Source of the DNA: Alphaproteobacteria bacterium
Lineage (GTDB): Bacteria; Pseudomonadota; Alphaproteobacteria; Bin95
DNA length: 64,000 bases
Assembly (NCBI GenBank): GCA_965205265.1
Contig: CBDBGH010000003.1
Location: forward strand, 3,232,001-3,296,000
Direction of reading: 5' to 3'
Part shown: piece after piece, positions 19,041-27,367 of the stretch
Layout: every line of letters starts with the position of its first letter
Numbering within the stretch: position 1 is the stretch's first letter
Program-made: the position numbers and the translations under genes
The notes under the pieces: model-generated
What the model saw: the letters and a program-made list of their open reading frames with translations, nothing else
Told to the model about the DNA's origin: nothing
Databases searched by the model: none

Positions 19041-20559
19041 AGCAGGGTCGCCCCCCGCGCGGGGGGCGCGGATTGAAACTGGCGCGGCACGGCGGTCTTC
19101 GGCGCGCTCGACAGTCGCCCCCCGCGCGGGGGGCGCGGATTGAAACCGCACCGACTGCGCGCGCGTGAGGCGGATGTGGCGTCGCCCCCCGCGCGGGGGG
19201 CGCGGATTGAAACGCAATCATTCGACCGAGGCCGTCGAGCGGGCGCAAGTCGCCCCCCGCGCGGGGGGCGCGGATTGAAACATTGTCATCGGTCACAGGC
19301 CAGTAATCCAGCGCGAGTCGCCCCCCGCGCGGGGGGCGCGGATTGAAACAACGATCAAGAATGCCAGATCCTTCTGCACGCCCGTCGCCCCCCGCGCGGG
19401 GGGCGCGGATTGAAACATTGTCGTCGGTCACGGGCCAGTAATCCAGCGCGAGTCGCCCCCCGCGCGGGGGGCGCGGATTGAAACCGAGCTCGCCTGGGAC
19501 ACGGGCTTCGTGCCGGGCGTCGCCCCCCGCGCGGGGGGCGCGGATTGAAACAACTTTTTCCCGCGCGGCTTCCGGATCGGCGCGAGTCGCCCCCCGCGCG
19601 GGGGGCGCGGATTGAAACCCCCACTGATTTTGCTGATGATCCTGCTGATCTGGTCGCCCCCCGCGCGGGGGGCGCGGATTGAAACCCCATGGCCAAGCGG
19701 CAGGAAACCCTCCTCATGAGGTCGCCCCCCGCGCGGGGGGCGCGGATTGAAACATTTATACGCGCGATGGCGGGCGGTCGTGGAACCGGTCGCCCCCCGC
19801 GCGGGGGGCGCGGATTGAAACTGGTGCTGGAAACCGGCATCGATCCTGAGGCGCGTCGCCCCCCGCGCGGGGGGCGCGGATTGAAACGAGCGGATCGTCG
19901 AGAAGCTTGTCCGCGTGCGTCGTCGCCCCCCGCGCGGGGGGCGCGGATTGAAACCTTCACGGCCTCGTTGACAGAAAATCTTCCGGAAGGTCGCCCCCCG
20001 CGCGGGGGGCGCGGATTGAAACGCTTTGCGTCCGGCGACGAATGCGGCGAATGGGAAAGTCGCCCCCCGCGCGGGGGGCGCGGATTGAAACGACACGACC
20101 ATCTACGCCCGCCATCCGCTGTTTGGTCGCCCCCCGCGCGGGGGGCGCGGATTGAAACAGCCTCGATCAGCGCCGGGTGCTGGCGCAGGGGGTCGCCCCC
20201 CGCGCGGGGGGCGCGGATTGAAACATTGCCCAGCAGTGATCGGTGTGCGGAAAACACCGGTCGCCCCCCGCGCGGGGGGCGCGGATTGAAACCTCCTTCC
20301 ACGGGATATCCTCCCTGGAAGCTTTCGTCGCCCCCCGCGCGGGGGGCGCGGATTGAAACATTGCCCAGCAGTGATCGGTGTGCGGAAAACACCGGTCGCC
20401 CCCCGCGCGGGGGGCGCGGATTGAAACCTCCTTCCACGGGATATCCTCCCTGGAAGCTTTCGTCGCCCCCCGCGCGGGGGGCGCGGATTGAAACCTCCTT
20501 CCACGGGATATCCTCCCTGGAAGCTTTCGTCGCCCCCCGCGCGGGGGGCGCGGATTGAA

Positions 20560-22254
20560 CCTAAATCCGGCGGTTGGAGGGCGTGATCGCCCTCTCGGCG
20601 CGGTTGGAATGGTCGATTTCGGGTTCGATTTCAGCACGCTGGCGCGGCCCGAGGGGGCGGCAGCCAGGGCTGACGGCCCGGCTCGCGGCCGTGGAGGTAT
20701 TTTTTGAGCGCTTCGGCGAGGATCCGGCGCCAGCGATCCTCGGCGCTCAACTGCTCCGCACTTTGCCTCACGGTCCGGAAGAAGCCGGCGATCCGCCGCA
20801 GGGCAGCAGCCACCGCCTCGCGCCGCCCGTGGTGGGAGGTCACCGTCAGCCGGGGCTGGCCGGCGTGCCAGGTCTGGCGGGCGACGCCGTGCAGCAGCAG
20901 CGGCCGGCTGGTGATCGCCTCGCGGTGGCGCTCGGGACCGGCGAGGCGGACGAAGAGGCTCCACCAGTCGTAGATGAGCGCGATCAGCCGGGCCATGTGG
21001 CGGCAGCGCGTCAGGTCGTGCGTGGTGAAGCCTCCCCAGCCCCACTGGTTCTTCAACTCGTCGAAGCCGTTCTCCGCGTCGGCCCGGTCGCGGTAGAGCT
21101 GGGCCACAGAGCGCACCTCCAGATCGAGCGAGGTGGCCAGCACCGCGAACTCCCATACCCCGGTGCCGGGCTGCGCCTCGGTCCAGAACAGCTCGCCCTG
21201 GGCGGTGTCGCCGCGCGTCAGCGCCAGTGTCGCCGGAAGCCGGCGGCGCAGAACCACGGCCCGGCGCAACCGGCTCCAGCCCTGCAAGCGCAGATCGGCC
21301 CCGATCCCCTGCCAGCCCTGGCCCGCATCCTCCCAGCCGTCCCGCGCCATCTGCCGCTCGGCAAGCCGGCGCGCGCCCCTGGTCAGGCGCAGCTTGAACA
21401 GATAGTCCAGACCCGCCGCCTCGCACGACGCCATGTTGCCCTCGCTGCCCCAGTCCTTGTCCCCCCGCACCAGGCGCGGCCAGCGGTCCCGGCCGAGACG
21501 GTCCAGCAAAGCCCACAAGGACGGCGCCGCCCGGTTCGAGCGGTGATGATTGCCCGGCGCAACCTCGACATCCAGAACCAGCCGCGTGCCCGCCATCAGG
21601 AACGCATGGCAGGCGTGCGAGGGACGGCCCGGCTTCTTCGGGTTGTAGCTCACCACCGCCCCCTCCTGGCGGCCGTAGAGCGGCTTGATCGTCGTGTCGC
21701 AGTCCAGAACCCAAGGCTCGCTCAGCAGCGGGCGGACCGTGTCGTCGAGATGGCCCTGAAGCCACGTTGTGCCCTCATCCGCCCCGGTCCGCTCCAGACC
21801 GCGCCGGACCGAATCCTCGCTCGCGACCTTGCCCATCCCCAACAGCGCCGGGTTCACCCCGTCCCCGCGCAGCGCCGTGATGTGCGCATGGCGAGACTGG
21901 CCCGCCAGAACCGAAAGCAGCACCGTCCCCAGAACGTCCCGCTTCGAAGGCGCGTTCGGGCTCGTGTAGACGAGCGGGCAGTCCGCCACCAGCGCCTCGA
22001 AGCGACCGCTCACCTTCAGATATTCCGCGAAGAACGCCAGATGGCCAAGCGGCGTCACCGCCGCATCCGGGTCCCATTCGACGTGAACCGTGCCGCCGAA
22101 GGTGTCCACCTTCACAGCCTCGCAGGCGAGGTCCCGCACAGCGCCAGAACCCTCACCCGCAGGGTGACCCTCTCGGCCCCATCCAAATCCGCTCATACCC
22201 GCAGTCTACAAGGGCCACGGCGAATCCAGACCCCGATCAACTGCCGGATTTAGG
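20560..22254 (-). mobile_element. IS1380-family insertion sequence (1695 bp) inserted in CRISPR repeat 23
   Basis: 17-bp IRs CCTAAATCCGGC(G/A)GTTG; 5-bp target duplication TTGAA at 20555-20559 and 22255-22259. Confidence 0.9.
20631..22196 (-). CDS. IS1380-family transposase
   Basis: LDCDTTIKPLYGRQEGA, LVRGDKDWG, YRDRADAENGFDELKNQWGWGGF. Confidence 0.88.
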   Translation of the reverse strand: MSGFGWGREGHPAGEGSGAVRDLACEAVKVDTFGGTVHVEWDPDAAVTPLGHLAFFAEYLKVSGRFEALVADCPLVYTSPNAPSKRDVLGTVLLSVLAGQSRHAHITALRGDGVNPALLGMGKVASEDSVRRGLERTGADEGTTWLQGHLDDTVRPLLSEPWVLDCDTTIKPLYGRQEGAVVSYNPKKPGRPSHACHAFLMAGTRLVLDVEVAPGNHHRSNRAAPSLWALLDRLGRDRWPRLVRGDKDWGSEGNMASCEAAGLDYLFKLRLTRGARRLAERQMARDGWEDAGQGWQGIGADLRLQGWSRLRRAVVLRRRLPATLALTRGDTAQGELFWTEAQPGTGVWEFAVLATSLDLEVRSVAQLYRDRADAENGFDELKNQWGWGGFTTHDLTRCRHMARLIALIYDWWSLFVRLAGPERHREAITSRPLLLHGVARQTWHAGQPRLTVTSHHGRREAVAAALRRIAGFFRTVRQSAEQLSAEDRWRRILAEALKKYLHGREPGRQPWLPPPRAAPAC

Positions 22255-23212
22255 TTGAAACGACCTACCGGCAGGCGGTTTCGCCTGCGCGCTGGGGTCG
22301 CCCCCCGCGCGGGGGGCGCGGATTGAAACAGGACCTCCGTCGTCACGTCCTCCCAGAGGTCGAGTCGCCCCCCGCGCGGGGGGCGCGGATTGAAACTTGC
22401 GACGAGAATGCACTTGACGCGCCAGGCCGGGTCGCCCCCCGCGCGGGGGGCGCGGATTGAAACTACCTGATCCAGCATGCCGCTGCCGCCGACATCACGT
22501 CGCCCCCCGCGCGGGGGGCGCGGATTGAAACCGGCGCGGGCTGGCGCGGTGGGCGGTCGATAGCCAGGTCGCCCCCCGCGCGGGGGGCGCGGATTGAAAC
22601 AGCTTCCAGCGCGACGCCGTCGATCAGGTCATGGGTCGCCCCCCGCGCGGGGGGCGCGGATTGAAACGTTCCTCTCGATACCGAGAGCCACTTCGCGATC
22701 GTCGCCCCCCGCGCGGGGGGCGCGGATTGAAACACCTGCACACGCCGAAAGCCCGGAACGGCGCCGAGTCGCCCCCCGCGCGGGGGGCGCGGATTGAAAC
22801 TACGACCTCTGCGTGGCAGCGGTAGCGGGCTGCCGTCGCCCCCCGCGCGGGGGGCGCGGATTGAAACCGTCACCCAGAGCCATTTGCGATGCAGCTTCGC
22901 CGTCGCCCCCCGCGCGGGGGGCGCGGATTGAAACACCCTGCCCTCCGCCGCATTCTCGCCGCAATCCTGTCGCCCCCGCACGATGGCTTGGCGGCGCCGA
23001 ACGCGAGTTCCGCACGCGCATCGAAGGCCGTGACGACAACCGAAGCCGGAACTCCCGCAGGACTCTCTGACAGGCATGCGTCATTCACCGCTTCGGCGAC
23101 TGCGGTTCGCGGCGCCCCCGCGAGCCGGAGATTTCGTGCAGGACCGCCCCCCCGATATCTCCTGGCGCGAAAGGCGGCGGCGCCATGCGGCAGACTCTCC
23201 CTTCCGGGTTGC

Positions 23213-23680
23213 TCAGTCCCGCACGAGCGCCGCCTGTATGCGGAAGAACTCCTCGATCTCGCTGGAGACGTGGATCCGTTCGGACAGGAGGGTGCCGTGG
23301 GCGATCCGGTTGCGGACGTTGTAGAACTGCATCGCCCGCCTCCATTCGCCGCTGCCCCGTTCGAGAACCAGCGTCAGGCGGTTCTCGAAGCCGAGGCCCG
23401 AGAGTCGGCGGTCGTCCGGGTTGTACAGCGACCAGGCCCGGCGCTCCCGCCAGCCGCCATGCGCCTGTCCATGCCGGATGGCGTCCCGGCAGGCCTCGTC
23501 GATGTCCGCCTCCAGCTGGCCCCAGGCCAGCACGAAATACGCCTGGTCGTTGATCTCCTGCTCGCGCGCGACGCGGTCGCGCTCCCCGGTCTCGCCGGCC
23601 GCGTCGTGCCGCATGCGCAGATCCTTGAGAAAACCGTCGATCCGTTCGTACGACCCCGCGATGGCAAGAAGGCCGCTCAC
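23213..23680 (-). CDS. Putative HEPN-domain protein
   Basis: Helical 155-aa protein with RNRIAH (Rx4H) and N-terminal YFVLAWGQLE segment. Confidence 0.6.
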   Translation of the reverse strand: MSGLLAIAGSYERIDGFLKDLRMRHDAAGETGERDRVAREQEINDQAYFVLAWGQLEADIDEACRDAIRHGQAHGGWRERRAWSLYNPDDRRLSGLGFENRLTLVLERGSGEWRRAMQFYNVRNRIAHGTLLSERIHVSSEIEEFFRIQAALVRD

Positions 23681-24114
23681 TGGAGGATTCGTCTCAGCCA
23701 GTCCGGAGTCACCGTCTCGCGATCACGCCAACTTCCGGCAGGCGCCGCCTGCCAGTCTGGCGCCTCGAAATTCTCGGCGGCATCGACGATGAGATACGGC
23801 CGGCCGCCGCGCTCCACATCGACCCGGCCATTGTTGCCGATGATCCACAGTGCATCCGGCTTGAGCCTGACCACCTCGCCGGTCCGCCCGTGGAGTTCGA
23901 GCGTGGGCATCCGCCTCGCCGCGATGCCGAATTCACGCATCATCTTCTCGTGCATGAGCACGGGGGCGCCCCGGCGGGCCTCCCAGCCGTCCGGCAGCCA
24001 TTCGCCGATCATTCCATAGAGGCCGTTCAGACGCGCCTCCCAGTCCTCGACCCGCCGCGTCACATGCCTCGCGTCGATGGCGTCGCTGGTGACTTCGTCG
24101 AGAACCGTGTTCAT
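23677..24114 (-). CDS. Hypothetical protein coupled to the HEPN gene
   Basis: ATG at 24114 after GGAAGG; GTGA overlap with the HEPN ORF; protein-like composition. Confidence 0.7.
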   Translation of the reverse strand: MNTVLDEVTSDAIDARHVTRRVEDWEARLNGLYGMIGEWLPDGWEARRGAPVLMHEKMMREFGIAARRMPTLELHGRTGEVVRLKPDALWIIGNNGRVDVERGGRPYLIVDAAENFEAPDWQAAPAGSWRDRETVTPDWLRRILQ

Positions 24115-24447
24115 CGAACCCTTCCCTGTCGCCATCCGCCTGCCGGTCGAGCCATCGGCCATTGGCGCGGCAACACGCCCGAACTCACCATACGGACAGC
24201 CGCAGAGCGTTTCAACGATGCCGAACCGATGGCGGTTCCAGGCGCTGGCATGACCGTTGTCGGCGACGATGGCCCGGGGCGCGACGTCGGGCGCCTGAAC
24301 CGATCCGTCCGCACGGCTCGCCAACTCATCGCTTCCCGGTCCGGACCGCCGGGCGTGGACAGCGTTCCCCGGGCGGGCCTTCGCCGACAGTTTCTGCCAC
24401 AGGACAAGCCCTGGAACGCCCCTCCGCACGCTTCTGGCAGCAACCGC

Positions 24448-27366
24448 TCACAGTCCCATCTCGCGATCGACGACCTTCGGCGCGCGGGACGGCTCCCTTG
24501 CGGGTTCCGGCGTCAGCTCCCGCGCCGGCTCCCGCGCGGCTTCGGGGACCGCCGGCCCGCGTCCGCCGCGCGCCTTCTCCGCCTCGCCCCCGAGCGCTTC
24601 GAGGGCGGCGATGCGCTCGCCGGTGGCGGCCTCGATCCGTTCCTTCAGCGCCGCCCTGTCGTCGGTGACCAGTTCGGCGCTGTCGCGCGCGCGGGAGATT
24701 TCCACGTAGAAGCTCTTGAGCGTGGTCAGGTGCGGGTGCCCTGCTTCCATGGCGGCGATGACGCGGTCGACGGTGCGGCCCTGGAAGGCATGCACGGTGG
24801 CGGCCCAGGCGCGGTCGATGTGGCGCAGCTGCGGGTCGCCCTGGCGCAGGTCGAGCCGGCGCCCGTCCTCGAGGCGGAAGGCGACCCTGCCGCCGCGCAC
24901 TGACGCGACCTCGGCGGTGCCGCTGTTGAGCAGGCCGAGGCCCGTGTCGTTGCGGGTCCAGCGGATGCGGTCGCCGGCGCGCAGTTCGATCCCTTCGCTG
25001 CGGTAGACCTCGACGCCCCCGGCGCGGGCGGCGAGCCGGTTCGGGTCCCAGGCGACCGGCCTGCCGCCGGCGCCCTCCAGGTTCACGGTCGCGGATGCGT
25101 GATCGACCCCGAGCACGCGCAGTTCGTCGCCCTTCTCCACCCCGAGGCGTCTGTAGGGGCGGTGGAACGCGACGATGTCGCCGGGGCTGTAGTTCGCGGC
25201 GAGGGTCTTCTCCGCATTGGTCCAGCCGCGCGAGACCAGCCGTTCCTCCGTCATCGCGGGACCGTGCACGGCCCCCTCGCGCACCAGGCGCTCGCGGACG
25301 ATGCCGTTGATCGCCTCGCGCAGGTCGTGGCTGGGCGCCATCAGCCCCGTCCTGTCGCGCTCTTCCGGCGACAGCACGAGCCAGCGCGCGGCCGCCGCGC
25401 CCGCGAGATTGTCCGGCTTCGCCTCGGCCACGTTCTCCCCGAGCTTCGAGAACGCCCGCGCGACATCGCCGGCGATGCTGGCCTCGACGGCCTCCTTCAG
25501 CGCCGGGTCGCGCTGGCGCAGGATCTCGTCCATGACCGCGGTCTTCATGCCCGCCTGCTGCAACTGGGCGAAGGGCCTGCCGGCGTCAACCGCGTCGAGC
25601 TGCTTCGCATCGCCCACCAGCACCACCCGGGGAATGCGCAGGCTGTGGGCGATCCGGAGCAGGTCGCGGGTCTGGACGGTGGAGGCGAAGGAGCCTTCGT
25701 CCACGACCAGCACGGTCCTCCGCCAGGCGGCGCGCATGGCCCGCTCGCCCCTGCGGGTCATGCGGCCTTCGGCGACGCCGACGTTGCGGGCAAGGAACCT
25801 CTGGAGGGTCTCGGACCCGATTCCGGCCTCGGCTTCGAGGGTGCGGGCGGCCGAGGCCGAGGGGGCGAGGCCCTTCACCGCGTAGCCCCTCTTCTTCAGG
25901 AGCGCGCGGACGCGGCTCAGCATGGCAGTCTTGCCGGACCCGGCGTAGCCCTGGACGCCGACGGTGCGGTCCCTCTCCGACAGGATGAGCTTCACCGCCG
26001 CCTTCTGGCCGGCGGTGAGCGGTCCGTTGCGCAGGGCCTTGTCGACGGCGCGGGCGCGCATCGGCGCGGCGCCGCGTCCCGCGCCGGCGCGCATGAGGGC
26101 GATCGTCTCCCGCTCGTCGGCGACGGCGCGGTCGGTGGTGAGCAGCCCGTCCATGCCCGGCATGCGGGCGGGAAGCAGGGTTCCGGCCGCCTCGCGGGCG
26201 GCGATGTCGCGTTCGATGGCGCCGATCGCCGCGGCGCCCGGGTTCCATGCGAGGGCGGCGGCGAGCAGATCGGTGCGGGCGAACACCGCCTCGCGCTCCG
26301 AGAGATGCGCGACCGCCCAGGAGACCGCCTCCGCCGCAGGGGCAGCGTTTTCCATCGCCGGAGAGGCATCGCGTCCGGCCAGCGCGGCCCCGCCGCCGTT
26401 CTCCCGCCCGGTCTCGCGGCCGGTCTCCCTCCCGGCCGCCCTGGACGCCGCTTCGGCCACGAGTGCCGGCGCATCGAAGCCGAGTTCCGCCGCCTGCCCG
26501 AGCCAGCTCGCCCTCAGCGCGGTGCGGTCGACATCGCGCTTGGCGGCGCGGGTGAACAGCGCCGCGCGCTGGGCCATGCGCGGGTTCTCCGCCGTTCCGT
26601 TCAGCCCGCGCCCGGCCAGCGCGGCCTCGATCTCGGCGCGCCGGGTCGAGAAGGCATCGATCACGTCGCGGGAGACGCCGGCGATCTCGAAGCGCCCGTC
26701 GGCATGGGTCTTCCCGATGCCGTATCCGAGCTTCGCGAGCGCCGCCGCGAGTTCGTTGCGGTAGAGGGCGCCGAGCAGCATCTTGGAAGCGTAGAGCTTC
26801 TCGTTGGCCATGGTCCGCCATTTGCCGTCGGGACCCTGCAGCATGTTGGCGATCACCGCATGGGTGTGGAGCGCCGGATCGAGGTTCCGCGAGGCGTCGT
26901 GCCTGAAGGTGGCGATCACCGCCTTCTGGCCGCCGGCGCGGACCATGCGGCCGGTGGCGGGATCGCGCATGCGGGTCTCCGCCGCATGGCGCTCGAACCG
27001 GTCGAGGGCGCGCCCGACGGCGCGGTCGTGGGCCTCGACGACGCGCGCGTCGCCGCCCACGAGGGCGGCGAGCGAGACCGACTTCGGCGCGCTGAAGGTG
27101 AGGTCGCGGCCGGGACGGTGCTGGAACGCGCCGTCCTTGCCCACCCGGCCCAGCCGCTTGCCGGAGCCGTCCGGGATGCGGCCTTCGAGAACCGCGCGGA
27201 ACGCCTCCGGATCGACCGGGCCTTCGAGGCCGAGCGCCTCCGCGCCCCGGCCCGCCCAGGCACTGGCCTGCCGGTGGTCGGGCGAATCCTTCGCGTAATA
27301 GCCGTCCCTTTCGTAGTAGCTCGCCCCCTGGGCGGGCGCGGCGACGGCGCCGATCGAGGCGACCAC
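24448..27366 (-). CDS. traI: MOBF conjugative relaxase-helicase (TrwC/TraI)
   Basis: YYERDGYY, DLTFSAPKSVS, HDASRNLDPALHTH, FSTRRAEI, GYAGSGKT, HAFQGRT. Confidence 0.94.
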   Translation of the reverse strand: MVASIGAVAAPAQGASYYERDGYYAKDSPDHRQASAWAGRGAEALGLEGPVDPEAFRAVLEGRIPDGSGKRLGRVGKDGAFQHRPGRDLTFSAPKSVSLAALVGGDARVVEAHDRAVGRALDRFERHAAETRMRDPATGRMVRAGGQKAVIATFRHDASRNLDPALHTHAVIANMLQGPDGKWRTMANEKLYASKMLLGALYRNELAAALAKLGYGIGKTHADGRFEIAGVSRDVIDAFSTRRAEIEAALAGRGLNGTAENPRMAQRAALFTRAAKRDVDRTALRASWLGQAAELGFDAPALVAEAASRAAGRETGRETGRENGGGAALAGRDASPAMENAAPAAEAVSWAVAHLSEREAVFARTDLLAAALAWNPGAAAIGAIERDIAAREAAGTLLPARMPGMDGLLTTDRAVADERETIALMRAGAGRGAAPMRARAVDKALRNGPLTAGQKAAVKLILSERDRTVGVQGYAGSGKTAMLSRVRALLKKRGYAVKGLAPSASAARTLEAEAGIGSETLQRFLARNVGVAEGRMTRRGERAMRAAWRRTVLVVDEGSFASTVQTRDLLRIAHSLRIPRVVLVGDAKQLDAVDAGRPFAQLQQAGMKTAVMDEILRQRDPALKEAVEASIAGDVARAFSKLGENVAEAKPDNLAGAAAARWLVLSPEERDRTGLMAPSHDLREAINGIVRERLVREGAVHGPAMTEERLVSRGWTNAEKTLAANYSPGDIVAFHRPYRRLGVEKGDELRVLGVDHASATVNLEGAGGRPVAWDPNRLAARAGGVEVYRSEGIELRAGDRIRWTRNDTGLGLLNSGTAEVASVRGGRVAFRLEDGRRLDLRQGDPQLRHIDRAWAATVHAFQGRTVDRVIAAMEAGHPHLTTLKSFYVEISRARDSAELVTDDRAALKERIEAATGERIAALEALGGEAEKARGGRGPAVPEAAREPARELTPEPAREPSRAPKVVDREMGL

Positions 27367-27367
27367 G

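Larger units (their letters stand above)
19047..22979 (+). CRISPR. Type I-C CRISPR array: 33 repeats (one split by an IS) plus a degenerate terminal repeat, 33 spacers of 33-36 nt
   Basis: 33-nt repeat GTCGCCCCCCGCGCGGGGGGCGCGGATTGAAAC from 19047; last full repeat 22902-22934; partial GTCGCCCCCGC at 22969; leader absent. Confidence 0.98.

Noticed and set aside
19080-22968. Possible self-targeting of the adjacent ICE or IS elements by spacers
   Set aside because: No match found by eye within the window; a computed alignment is needed, so no claim is made
19011-23088. Long ORFs on both strands across the CRISPR array
   Set aside because: Translations of repeat-spacer units (FNPRPPRGGR, SPPARGARIET), not genes
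22980-23212. Possible vapB/fitA antitoxin remnant at the left ICE boundary
   Set aside because: Only a vague PPR/PPD similarity in translation; insufficient support
24115-24447. Candidate oriT downstream of the relaxase
   Set aside because: No recognisable MOBF nic motif or clear inverted repeat; oriT could not be placed
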